NCBI GenBank assembly: GCA_964389315.1
Contig: CAYMDJ010000002.1
Span: 1-59,633, forward strand
DNA length: 59,633 nt
Origin: an uncultured archaeon
Lineage (GTDB): Archaea; Aenigmatarchaeota; Aenigmatarchaeia; QMZP01
Direction of reading: 5' to 3'
The notes beneath the pieces were generated by a model. It did not search any database, had not been told where the DNA came from, and saw only the letters and a list, made by a program, of their open reading frames with translations. Position numbers and translations under genes: made by a program. Positions 19,406 through 28,765 of the stretch are shown piece after piece. The number at the start of each line of letters is the position of its first letter. The first letter of the stretch is position 1.

Positions 19406-20044
19406 TTAGAAGCCGCCGAGTATGTCCCTCAAAACGTCCTCTGGGTTGTTTGATTTCAGGACAGCGGATGATACCAGGGCCCCGTTTGCGCCGAGAGCCA
19501 GGACGGCCACGACATCCTGCCCGGAATTCGCGGATGCCAGAACCCTGACCGCGGGGTTCGCGGCCCTGACCCTGCTTATCGTCTCCTCCAGGAGGTCTCT
19601 GGAATCCGAAATTGGAGCATCACCTGGGGGCTCAATAGCAACGTGGTTAGGTCCCATGCGCGCTATCTCCTCTGCCTGCACGGCATCTGGTGCAAAGACA
19701 ACCGTGGATAGGCCCACGTTCTTGGCACGCTCAATCCTGTGCCTTATATCGTCCATGGAGAGCATCCTTTCATGATGATTTATCAGGGTCCCTTTTGCTC
19801 CGGCCCCTTTCACTGCCTCGGGAAGGATGTGCCCTGTGCTCGGGCCGTAAGGAATGGGGTCTATGTGCTGGGCAAAGACCTCGTTCTTGTAGGAGAGGCT
19901 CTCTATGTCAGTCGGCTGGGCAGCCAGGACTATCCTAACCCCGCTGTCATTAGAAAGCCTGTTGACTATGTCACCTATGAACCTTGCCTTCCTGCCTATA
20001 CCCTGTTCATGAGACTTAAGATTAACTATAAGAAGCTTTTCCAT
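19406..20044 (-). CDS. tpiA: triosephosphate isomerase, short archaeal type
   Basis: 212 aa. VNLKS (catalytic Lys), VFAQHIDPI, TGHILPEAVKGAGAKGTLINHHE (catalytic His) and AIEPPG (catalytic Glu) align by eye with Pyrococcus-type TIM. Its stop abuts the ppsA stop with a 0-bp spacer. Confidence 0.8.
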   Translation of the reverse strand: MEKLLIVNLKSHEQGIGRKARFIGDIVNRLSNDSGVRIVLAAQPTDIESLSYKNEVFAQHIDPIPYGPSTGHILPEAVKGAGAKGTLINHHERMLSMDDIRHRIERAKNVGLSTVVFAPDAVQAEEIARMGPNHVAIEPPGDAPISDSRDLLEETISRVRAANPAVRVLASANSGQDVVAVLALGANGALVSSAVLKSNNPEDVLRDILGGF

Positions 20045-20117
20045 TCACAATTGTTGTATCAATGATTAATAAGCTAATAAGGACAGGTAAGATTCTGTAG
20101 GCAAAATGTAAGCGAAG

Positions 20118-23100
20118 TCAGGCCTTTGAGCTGAGCCTCTTTATCATGCTTATCTCTTCTTTCCTCGTCGCGGGGATTGTTGCAGGACCTGTCGCGGGGG
20201 CGCTTATCTCCACGGGCGCTCCAGAAACCTCTGGGTAGACAATCTTTATCTCCTTCCTTTTCTCCCCGCTCTCCTGAAGGCTTCTCCATGCCTCCAGCTG
20301 GCCTGACATGTAGTCAACCCTGTTCTTGAAGGCATCCATCTCGGAGTCCATTATGTCCTCGTTGGTCTTTATGCGAGTCTCTATCTCGTCCCTGAGGTCG
20401 CTCACCTTTGCCTCCATGTCCTTGCCGTAATCCTTGATGCCACCGAGCCTTGTCCTCAGCTCCGTCACTGTCTCGCTGAGCTCCTTTATGGTATGCTCTG
20501 ATTCAGATAACCTCTTTACAAGTTCCTTCTGTCCCTCTGACATCTTCTTCATGGATTCCAGACCCATCTTCTCTATGCTCTCGCTGAGCTTCTCCTCTAT
20601 CCCGGGCATGCTCGCGAGCTCCCTTCCGAAGTCCTTTATCGCATTCTTTGTCCTTGACTCAAGCTCTCTGGATTCCCTGAGCACCTTGTCAAAATCCCGC
20701 TTTCTCCTCTCCTCTGACAGCTCGATGTCGCCAGCCACCTCTGAAATCTCCTTCTTGGCCTCGGCAAGGACCAGCCTCTTGTGGTCGTCCAGCATGCTCC
20801 TCGTCCTCATCTCCTGGTCCTTTGACAGCGACACGATGTCTGATTCTATCCTGGACATCCTCTCCCTCTCTGCGGATAGCTCTCCCTGAAGGCTTCTTAT
20901 CTCCTTAAGGGACGACTTGCCCTCTTCCTCAAGGCCCTCTATCTTCTCTGATATGTCCGAGAGGGAGGATATCTTTCCTGCCATCTCCTTTATCCTGGCA
21001 GAGTTGCTTCCGAAGACCTTGAGCAGGGAATCCATGACGGCAAGCTTGCTGCCAATCTCGTCTATCTCCCCGGCCGATATGTTCGAGAGGTTCTCCAGGT
21101 TCGCGAGGCCTGATATCCTCTCCTTTATATCGTTAATCTCCTCGAGGCCGGATTCCGTCTTCTTGGTCAGAGCGGAGACGCTGGATGACAATGATTTCTC
21201 CAGGACAGCTATCCTGCTGTTGAGGGTATTCTGTATGTCCTCCTGGGACGCTTTTACCAGGCTCAAATCAGAAGCCGTCCTGTTGATTAGTTCCGTGCTC
21301 TCGTCCAAATCAGAAGAGAGCTTGCTGTCCGTTTCCCTGTTACCGGATTCTATGTCATCAATCCTCTTGCTTATCGAATTCACCGTGCTGATGAATTCCG
21401 ATTCCGTGACAATCCCTCTGCCGAGGCCCTCGCTCATCTTTGAGAGGTGGGAAACCCTCTCCTTCAGGACCTGCACGTCGGCAGTCATGGACTCTGCCCT
21501 TGTCAGGCTCTTAGCGAGGTTGCCTGATACTATTGCCTGGGCCTTGAGCTCGTCATCGAGGGATATCAGATTCTCAGATAGCTTGCCGAGCCTCTTCTCG
21601 TTGCCTGACATGTATGAGTTGATTTTCTTCTCCGCGTCCTTTGTCCTTGCAAGCCATGCCTTTATGTCCTTTGTGTGCAGGCCTGCCTGCTCCTTCCTGG
21701 CTGCGGCTATGTCCAGTGAGAGCTGCTTCGTCCTTTCGTTTATTCCGGACTGGAGGGACTGGAAAGTATCCTTCTGGTCACTGGAGAGCTGCTTCACCCT
21801 CTCGTCAATCTCATTCTGGAGGGATATGCTGAAATCCTTCTGGTCCTGTGAAAGCTGCTTGATTCTCTCGTCAATCTCGTTCTGTAGAGAGAGGTTTATT
21901 TCCTCCTGTTCCCCTGAGAGCTGCTTCACCTTCCTGTCAATCTCAGAGCGCAGGGATGCAAGGATTTCCTTCTGACCTTCAGAAACAGCCTCAACGAACT
22001 TCCTCTGGTCATCTATCTCCTGCCTGATTGAGGACATATCCTGGAAAACCCTGTCAAGACGTGACTCCTTCTTCCTGTCAGTCCCGCCGAAGACCTTCTC
22101 CATCGCCGCTATCCTCTGCCTCTCGTCAGAGAGGCTCTCCTCAACGGACTTGAGCTGCTTTGAGAACATCTGGAAAATCTTTGAGCTTGACTCGATGTCC
22201 GTTATCCTCGCCATGAGGTTTTCAATATTTTCATGCAGTGAAGTGACGTCTTCCCGTTGCTTAACTGCCATTTGCTTAATCCTCTGGCTGATTTCAGAGC
22301 GTGCTGATGAAGAGACGGCCTTCTGCTCGTCAGAAAGTTTTCCGAGGATTTTCCTCTGCTCACCAATCTCCTTGTTGAGTGCCTTGGAATTCGAATCAAT
22401 GACCGTCATCCTTTCCGTAATCTTCTTGATGTCGTTCATCAGACCGGGGAAGGTTTTCGTGTCCGATTCCATCCTTGTAATCCTCGCCATGAGGTTTTCA
22501 ATGCCGTCCATTATTTCCGGGAGCGGCTTGGTTCCCATCTCGAGTGCAATCACCCTTCCCTTGACGTCATCGAGCTCCACCATGGCCTTCGGGAGGAGCT
22601 TTATGTTAGCAATCATCTCCCTTATCTTCTGCACCATGTCCATTGTCTTGGGTATCTGGCTGATCACCGCCTCCATGCCGATAAGCCTCTCCTCAAGATC
22701 ATCAACGGATTTGGTGTTGTCAGAGACATCGGCTACTATGTTCTCAAGTTTTGTCACCCTGTCCCTCATCGAATGTATATTGTCAACGCTCTGCTGGACG
22801 GTCTTCGAGAAGGACTCCAGCCTGACGAGGGTCTTTGAGAATTCCTCTATTTCAGAGCCGTGCTTCCCGACCGCGTCAATGAGCGGCTTGAGAGAGGAGA
22901 CCTTTTCCGAGAGCTTCTTTATCTCAGATTCGTGGAGGGATATTGATTTTATCGGGGCATCCAGGGAAGCGAGCCTCTGTGTTATTGCCTTTATCTCCTT
23001 CTCGTGCTCAGGTAACATACCTATGTCAGCTATCCTGTCCCTTATCCCCGATATCAGCTGCTGGTTCTTTGAGACGTCCGTGACCGCGAGGTCAAGTGCG

Positions 23101-25253
23101 ACCAGCTTCTCCCTGAGGGAGGCGATAATCTTCGCGTTCTCCGAAGCCTGCTTTGAGACCGAATCATAATCAGAAGAAAGGGCCTTGGAGTCAGAGAGCG
23201 TCTGCTGAAGCGCTGTTTCTATGTTATCCATGTCAGACCTCATGCCAGGTATTTCAGAAGCAGAATTCTGTAGGGAGACAATATCCTTCTGCATCCCGTC
23301 AAATCTCTTCTCCTGCGACTTGGAGTAGCCGTCCATCTCCGAAGCGAGGCCTGAAATGCGCTTCATCTCTTCAGAGAGCTTCGAGAGCTGCTCGCTCTTC
23401 TCCTTGTCAATCCTCCTGTCCATCTCAGACCTTATGCTCTTTGATTCCTTGCTGAGCTTTTCGTCAAGAATCTTCGAGAAGCTGTCAACGCTGTCAAGCC
23501 TCGAACGGACCACGTCTATCTCGGCGAGCGCATTCCTCACCTCACCAATCTCCCTGTCTATCCTGTCAAGACGTGACTCCTTCTTCCTGTCAGTCCCGCC
23601 GAAGACCTTCTCCATCGCCGCTATCCTCTGCCTCTCGTCAGAGAGGCTCTCCTCAACGGACTTGAGCTGCTCTGCAAGGGACTGGCTCCGCTCAAAGAGG
23701 ATCTCCTTGGCCTCGTTTATCTTTCCCACCGAATCCTCAACAGAGGATATTCTCTTAGGGACCTCCCTTGTCATCGCGTCAATGTTCCGTGTCCTTTCCC
23801 TGAGATTTTCCAGAACATCCTGGTTGTCTGATATCTGCTTGGAGGCCAGCTCCATCTTCGTCAGCCTCTCCTTCAGTTTCGCTATAGCATCAGCGTTCTC
23901 CTCGAGTGTGTCTATTCCCGATATCTGCTCCCTTATCTTTGATATTGTCTCGGCGTTCGATTTTGCCTGTCCGGTTATGGCCTTCAGGTTGCCGGACATC
24001 CTGCTGTCAATCTCTGCGATTTTCTCGGCTATCACCTTCCTGACGCTCTCCTGAGTCCTGTTGATTATCTTCTCGTCAGAGGCCAGCTCCATTATCTGCT
24101 TCTCTATGCCTGCCCTCTCTGAGGCGAGCCTCTTGTCAAGGGAGAAGAGCCTGCTCTCCGAGTCCTCGAGCCGCTTGTTGAGGTTGGAGAAGAGGTCTGA
24201 GAACTCTGAGCGGTTCACGGAATTCTTGGCGAAACCAGCTAGCATGGAATCTGCCTCTGAGAGCTTCTGCTTGATTATCTTTATCTCGGACGGGGCGTCC
24301 TCGAGCAGCCTGGAAAGCCTTGATAACTCTGAGTCCTGGGATTTCTTGTATCCCCTTATCTCCTCCTCGAGGTTGGATATCCGGTTTATCTCTGTCCTGA
24401 ATTCCATGAGCTGGGCCTTGTTGTCATCGAGCCTCTTCTGGTCAAAGTCCTTCCTTATGGAATCGGCAGCCTTCTGGAGGTCCTTCAGGAGTTCTGACCT
24501 GAGTTCTGCGAGGGAATCTCCCTGGAACCGGGAGAGCTTGCCCAGCTTTGAGTCCAGCGCCTTGGAGAACTCCTCAGCGCTGTCCGCCCTCTTCCTCAGA
24601 AGCTTTATCTCCGCCAGCGTCCCCTCCAGGTCAGCTATATTCTGGCTTATCTTGTAGAAAGCGCTGTCCTGGGTCTTCTTGTATGCACGGAACTCTTCCT
24701 CTATCCCGGCTATCCTCTTTATCTCATTCTTGAACTCTGATATCTGGGACTTGATGTCCTGGACGCGCTTCTTCTCGAAATCATTCTTTATCGAGTCTAT
24801 GTTCCTCTCCAGCTCCCTTATCATCTCCCTCCTCGTCTCTTCGAGGGACTTCGACTGGTCTCGGAGGCTTGAACGGAGAAGGTTTACTGATTCTAGGTCC
24901 TTCTGCATCATGTTAATCTGATTGATTAGAGAGTTTATGACAGACTCGTTCTTATCGCTCCTCTTCTTCTGCGAAGAAATTTCCTTATCAATGTCGTCTA
25001 TCGATCTGAGCTCGACGCCCATCTCAGCGAGCCGCTCCTTTATGGGTTCTACCTGGTTCTTCACGAAATCCATTATCCTCTGGCTCGCCTGCTGGAACGA
25101 TTCCTGCATCCTGTTGAGCCGCTCGGAAAAGGAGTTGGACCTGGTGATGAGCTCTTCCTTCTCCTTCTCGAGTGCGGCTATTATCCTCCTCTGCTGCTCC
25201 TCGTTCTTCTTGAGGCGGAGCACCCCTGCCTCAAGGTCGCTGAGCTCCTTCAT
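20118..25253 (-). CDS. giant cytoplasmic coiled-coil protein (1,711 aa), unknown function
   Basis: E/K/S/L/I/R-rich heptad-like sequence nearly end to end. There is no signal peptide, no TM and no P-loop. It carries internal repeats, including an exact 110-nt duplication. Its start overlaps the stop of the upstream coiled-coil gene (ATGA at 25250-25253). Confidence 0.8.
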   Translation of the reverse strand: MKELSDLEAGVLRLKKNEEQQRRIIAALEKEKEELITRSNSFSERLNRMQESFQQASQRIMDFVKNQVEPIKERLAEMGVELRSIDDIDKEISSQKKRSDKNESVINSLINQINMMQKDLESVNLLRSSLRDQSKSLEETRREMIRELERNIDSIKNDFEKKRVQDIKSQISEFKNEIKRIAGIEEEFRAYKKTQDSAFYKISQNIADLEGTLAEIKLLRKRADSAEEFSKALDSKLGKLSRFQGDSLAELRSELLKDLQKAADSIRKDFDQKRLDDNKAQLMEFRTEINRISNLEEEIRGYKKSQDSELSRLSRLLEDAPSEIKIIKQKLSEADSMLAGFAKNSVNRSEFSDLFSNLNKRLEDSESRLFSLDKRLASERAGIEKQIMELASDEKIINRTQESVRKVIAEKIAEIDSRMSGNLKAITGQAKSNAETISKIREQISGIDTLEENADAIAKLKERLTKMELASKQISDNQDVLENLRERTRNIDAMTREVPKRISSVEDSVGKINEAKEILFERSQSLAEQLKSVEESLSDERQRIAAMEKVFGGTDRKKESRLDRIDREIGEVRNALAEIDVVRSRLDSVDSFSKILDEKLSKESKSIRSEMDRRIDKEKSEQLSKLSEEMKRISGLASEMDGYSKSQEKRFDGMQKDIVSLQNSASEIPGMRSDMDNIETALQQTLSDSKALSSDYDSVSKQASENAKIIASLREKLVALDLAVTDVSKNQQLISGIRDRIADIGMLPEHEKEIKAITQRLASLDAPIKSISLHESEIKKLSEKVSSLKPLIDAVGKHGSEIEEFSKTLVRLESFSKTVQQSVDNIHSMRDRVTKLENIVADVSDNTKSVDDLEERLIGMEAVISQIPKTMDMVQKIREMIANIKLLPKAMVELDDVKGRVIALEMGTKPLPEIMDGIENLMARITRMESDTKTFPGLMNDIKKITERMTVIDSNSKALNKEIGEQRKILGKLSDEQKAVSSSARSEISQRIKQMAVKQREDVTSLHENIENLMARITDIESSSKIFQMFSKQLKSVEESLSDERQRIAAMEKVFGGTDRKKESRLDRVFQDMSSIRQEIDDQRKFVEAVSEGQKEILASLRSEIDRKVKQLSGEQEEINLSLQNEIDERIKQLSQDQKDFSISLQNEIDERVKQLSSDQKDTFQSLQSGINERTKQLSLDIAAARKEQAGLHTKDIKAWLARTKDAEKKINSYMSGNEKRLGKLSENLISLDDELKAQAIVSGNLAKSLTRAESMTADVQVLKERVSHLSKMSEGLGRGIVTESEFISTVNSISKRIDDIESGNRETDSKLSSDLDESTELINRTASDLSLVKASQEDIQNTLNSRIAVLEKSLSSSVSALTKKTESGLEEINDIKERISGLANLENLSNISAGEIDEIGSKLAVMDSLLKVFGSNSARIKEMAGKISSLSDISEKIEGLEEEGKSSLKEIRSLQGELSAERERMSRIESDIVSLSKDQEMRTRSMLDDHKRLVLAEAKKEISEVAGDIELSEERRKRDFDKVLRESRELESRTKNAIKDFGRELASMPGIEEKLSESIEKMGLESMKKMSEGQKELVKRLSESEHTIKELSETVTELRTRLGGIKDYGKDMEAKVSDLRDEIETRIKTNEDIMDSEMDAFKNRVDYMSGQLEAWRSLQESGEKRKEIKIVYPEVSGAPVEISAPATGPATIPATRKEEISMIKRLSSKA
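22050..22159. repeat. 110-bp exact direct repeat, copy A (inside the 1,711-aa coiled-coil gene)
   Basis: I read 22050-22159 as identical to 23562-23671, base for base. In the protein both encode ...QLKSVEESLSDERQRIAAMEKVFGGTDRKKESRLDR.... Confidence 0.85.
23562..23671. repeat. 110-bp exact direct repeat, copy B
   Basis: See copy A. The copies are 1,512 bp apart and in frame (504 codons). Confidence 0.85.
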
Positions 25254-27760
25254 GATGACAGCTCCTTTATTATGCTTCCGACCCTCTCCCTCTGCTCCCT
25301 GACGTCCCTCTCGAGCTGGCGCCTCTCTGCAATGTTCTGCTTGAGGGCCTTCTCGAGCTCCTTCATGTCCAGGTTTATCTTCTCCTCAAGGACGCCATAA
25401 AGAGACCTTATCTCCTTTACCTGCTTGTCTATCATTGATATCTGGCTGACTATCCTCGACATCTGGTCTGAGACCTTCTCACCGCTCGCGTCCATCCTTG
25501 AATCGAATGCCTTGCTTATGTCGTTCAGCTCGTCTGTCCTGTCCTTCAGGAACTTTATGTCCGCCAGCGCTCCCTGAAGCAGAGTAAGGTCGTTCCTGAG
25601 TGCATCGAGTCTTGACTCATGGGATTTGTTGGTTGCCTCGAGCGTCTCCTCAAGCGCGGCGAGCCTCTTGAAGTCTGCCTTTATCTGGTTGAGCTGCTCC
25701 TGCCTGTCAAGAATCCTTTTCTCATCAATGCCCTTCTCCATCTCTTTCAATCTCTTCTCAAGCGATGAGCGCAGCTCGTCGCTTATTACATCGAGCCTCT
25801 GCTTCTGGTATTGTATCATGTCGCTGAACTTCTTCTCGAGCTTCTCGGAAAAGCTCTCGACGTCAGATACCCTCGGGCCAAAGGCCAGGGCCCTTGATAC
25901 GCTGTCCTTCATCTTGCCCATCTCATCATTCAGCTTCTCGACGGATTTGTCCATGACCTTCCTGCCTGCCCTGAGCTCTTCCTCGAGGCTGGCCACCCTC
26001 TTGGTCTCTGACTTGAACTCCTCGAGCTGGTTCTTGGAGTCAATCTCCCTCCTCTTGTCCATCTCCTTCTTTATGTCAGAGACCTCGTTCTTGAGCTCCT
26101 TCTTCAGGGAATCGCCGAGCTTTGAGATGCTCTGCTTCTGCCCCTCAAGGAGCTCATTGAACCTGGCCTCCTGAATCGTCAGCCTCTGCGCCATCGCTGA
26201 AATGTCCTCGCGGTTGGTAGAGAGCTTCTCTGCGAGGCCGCTGATTTCCAGGCCCATTGATTCTGACCTCTGGACAACCATGTTCCTTGCCTCTAGGAAC
26301 TTGTTGATTGCGATGTCCTGGTTGTCAATCCTCTTGGGAAGGGTCTTTGTCTCTGACCATATGGTATTGATGTTATCCCTGGTCCCCTCGTTCAGCTTCA
26401 GCTGCTTCTCAGTGAATCTCTTCAGCCTGTTGACGTCTGCCTGGAGTCCCCTCTCTATCGAGGACACCCTCTTCTCGAGCCAGGCCTTTATGTTCTCCGG
26501 TGCCTCTATGTTCTTTATTGCCTCGTATAATTCGTTCTCTCTCTTGTCAGAGAGCTTCATCCTCTCATCAATCAGCATGTCCCTCTTCTCGAGCTCCGCA
26601 AACCTCGGCTGGATGAGCGAAAGGAAGGTCTTGTGGATGTCCTTGTCAATCTTGTCCATGTCCTTCTTCTGGATTTCCCTGAGGTCCTGGTATATCTTTT
26701 CAGTGACGCTCTCTATCTTCTTCTTGATGTCATCCCTGAGGCCCTTGACACCGTCTGAGAGTCGCTCCTCCTGCTCGTCCATGTCCTTGGAGAGCTGGTC
26801 CTTGTCTGACCTGAGCTCTGCTATGTCCTCCCTGAGCTTCTGGAGGTTCAGGACCTCCTCCTTGAGGTGGTTGAGCCTGACGTTGAAATCATTGACCAGG
26901 TCCCTCATGTCCCTTACCTCGTTCACGGCAGGGTCGAGCTTTGTCTTGAGCTTCTTGCCTACCAAATCCGGTATCACCTGCTCTATTATCTCGTCGCTGG
27001 AGAATATCAGCTTCCTGAGCTTCTGGACGTTGTCAGGCCCGAGCTTCTGGTTCAACTGCTCGTATCTCTCCTCAAGGTCAGGGAACCTCTCGAGTATCTT
27101 TGACTTGTCCTCCAGGTTGGAAACGCGGTAATCCAGCTTCTTGCTGGTGTTGTCAACGTTCCTCGCTATCTCCGATATTGCCTTCTTCAGGTCGAACATC
27201 TGCGACTGGAAATCAACCTCTTCCCCGAACGAGGCCAATTGCCTTCCCGCTGCTCCTCCAGCGGAGGGAACGGGCTGGAGTGCCTGCTGGTTTAATCTTT
27301 CGGTCAGTTCTGTTAATTTCGCTTCCATGTCAGAAAGCTTGCCGAGCTTGCTGAGTTCTTCTGACATCGCTGAAAGCTTTGAATCGACCTTCTTCTTTAT
27401 CATTTCTGATAATTCCTTTTTCATGCCCGATTCATTCTTTGATGAAGAATTCTGCGCAGGTGCCTGGGCTGGCTGGGGATTCGTGCTGGTTTGTTGCGGC
27501 TTTTCCTGGGCAGCAGCCTGGGATGATTTCAGCCCCTCCTCGAGATTTTGCGCGGCCTTGCCGAGGTTTGAAAGCCCTCCGGAATCGTTTTCCTTTCCCT
27601 CCGGCGATTCACGGACTCCCTTGGTCACCTCTTCTATTATGCTCGCGAGATTCCTGTTTTTCTCGAGAAGCTCAAGCTTTTCGCTCTCCAGCTTCTTGAT
27701 GTTGTCATTTTCCTTGTCAAGCTCCTTCTTTACGTTACCGAGCTTCTTTTCACCGGCCAT
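25250..27760 (-). CDS. cytoplasmic coiled-coil protein (836 aa), paralogous modules with the 1,711-aa protein
   Basis: Coiled-coil composition with a Q/P/A-rich linker near the N-terminus (AAQEKPQQTSTNPQPAQAPAQ). It has no TM or signal peptide. It shares ~90-aa modules with the downstream gene (for example IKKEMDKRREIDSKNQLEEFKSETKRVASLEEELRAG). Confidence 0.8.
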   Translation of the reverse strand: MAGEKKLGNVKKELDKENDNIKKLESEKLELLEKNRNLASIIEEVTKGVRESPEGKENDSGGLSNLGKAAQNLEEGLKSSQAAAQEKPQQTSTNPQPAQAPAQNSSSKNESGMKKELSEMIKKKVDSKLSAMSEELSKLGKLSDMEAKLTELTERLNQQALQPVPSAGGAAGRQLASFGEEVDFQSQMFDLKKAISEIARNVDNTSKKLDYRVSNLEDKSKILERFPDLEERYEQLNQKLGPDNVQKLRKLIFSSDEIIEQVIPDLVGKKLKTKLDPAVNEVRDMRDLVNDFNVRLNHLKEEVLNLQKLREDIAELRSDKDQLSKDMDEQEERLSDGVKGLRDDIKKKIESVTEKIYQDLREIQKKDMDKIDKDIHKTFLSLIQPRFAELEKRDMLIDERMKLSDKRENELYEAIKNIEAPENIKAWLEKRVSSIERGLQADVNRLKRFTEKQLKLNEGTRDNINTIWSETKTLPKRIDNQDIAINKFLEARNMVVQRSESMGLEISGLAEKLSTNREDISAMAQRLTIQEARFNELLEGQKQSISKLGDSLKKELKNEVSDIKKEMDKRREIDSKNQLEEFKSETKRVASLEEELRAGRKVMDKSVEKLNDEMGKMKDSVSRALAFGPRVSDVESFSEKLEKKFSDMIQYQKQRLDVISDELRSSLEKRLKEMEKGIDEKRILDRQEQLNQIKADFKRLAALEETLEATNKSHESRLDALRNDLTLLQGALADIKFLKDRTDELNDISKAFDSRMDASGEKVSDQMSRIVSQISMIDKQVKEIRSLYGVLEEKINLDMKELEKALKQNIAERRQLERDVREQRERVGSIIKELSS

Positions 27761-28057
27761 GCTGGTTCATGCCCCCTGGAAACGGTTTTTCCCGGATACT
27801 GCAAATTTTGAGCAAAATGAGAAAGTTTCTTCCGGGCAGGATTTTTCTCCTGGAATTCTCATAGTAAATAATTATAAAGGGGCTATATAAATCAAAAAGG
27901 GCTGTTTTATATATGTTAATACTAGTATGCCGATATTTATTTTTTTAGAAAAAAACGCCCAAAAAAAGATACTGTGTATACGACTTTTTGGGGGGTAAGC
28001 CTCATTTTTCGTTTTTTACGGAAAATTTTATATTACACGCATACAATACTTTATTGC

Positions 28058-28714
28058 ATGATAAAGAAAGAGAAGATAACGGACTACAGGAACTTCTGGC
28101 TCATCTGGCTCAGTTGCGCAGGAAAACCAGACAAGGGAGAGTCTCTATTCAAGATACAGGACGCGTGGAACATAAAGACCAACTATCTCTACCACCATGA
28201 GACCGGTCTCGGAAAGCCATTATACATGCATATGATAAGGAAAAACTACATCCGCAAGCAAAAGACGAAACTCGTCCCGAACTTTGCCTGGATAAACGAG
28301 CACATAAAGGAAATCGTTGGTGAGGGGGTGGGCAATACGTGGTATCCGAGCGTCTTCATCGGCGGGCGGTGGCCGGTTGTCCAGAGTTTCATAGAGAAGA
28401 ACGCGAACGTTCTTTTCAGCATGGAGAACCTAAAAATCCTCTACAAGGAAGATAGGAACATACTTGGCGAGTCCGGACGTCACATCTTTACAGACATTTT
28501 CCTTTACGTAATCTTTTCAAACATGATAGAGTTCTGTAAAAAATACCACGCTGACATTGTATTAAGGATCCTTTCTACCTTCATATCAGTGTTCGCGGAC
28601 AGGGACCTGCTCAATTACATAAGGAAGGTTCACAGCCAGATCGGTGATAACGTACCAGTATTGATATCCAACGAATCAGAGATGAACAGGCTGATGTATC
28701 CATTCAAATGGTAA
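28058..28714 (+). CDS. hypothetical protein (218 aa), orphan, AT-richer than its neighbours
   Basis: ORF 27974-28714. ATG 28058 (MIKKEKITDYRNFW...) is preferred because TTTTATATTA lies ~25 nt upstream. The protein is soluble and W/Y/K/N-rich. No motif recognised. Confidence 0.5.
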   Translation: MIKKEKITDYRNFWLIWLSCAGKPDKGESLFKIQDAWNIKTNYLYHHETGLGKPLYMHMIRKNYIRKQKTKLVPNFAWINEHIKEIVGEGVGNTWYPSVFIGGRWPVVQSFIEKNANVLFSMENLKILYKEDRNILGESGRHIFTDIFLYVIFSNMIEFCKKYHADIVLRILSTFISVFADRDLLNYIRKVHSQIGDNVPVLISNESEMNRLMYPFKW

Positions 28715-28765
28715 CCCGCTTACGGACGCCGGCGGCTTGGTTAAATCAGTGCAGTCGCAAGCGGG
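28715..28765 (+). repeat. hairpin-repeat copy 0 (GCTTRC ... GYAAGC family)
   Basis: CCCGCTTAC-(33 nt)-GCAAGCGGG starts immediately after the stop codon at 28712-28714. 8 of 9 stem positions pair. Confidence 0.5.

Noticed and set aside
20434-24921. A series of long plus-strand ORFs (151, 352, 339, 232, 198 aa and others) antisense to the 1,711-aa coiled-coil gene
   Set aside because: Their products are S/F/L/I-rich low-complexity strings. They are the mirror image of GAA/AAG/CTC-rich coiled-coil codons. They lack starts with plausible RBS or TATA context, and they tile only where the minus-strand gene is open. They are artefacts of codon composition.
20118-27760. The coiled-coil giants as SMC/Rad50-type proteins
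   Set aside because: There is no N-terminal Walker A, no C-terminal signature/Walker B head, and no central hinge or zinc hook (CxxC) in either protein.
25626-27890. Plus-strand ORFs (182, 309, 249 aa) antisense to the 836-aa coiled-coil gene
   Set aside because: This is the same compositional artefact. The S/F/L-rich translations have no recognisable features.
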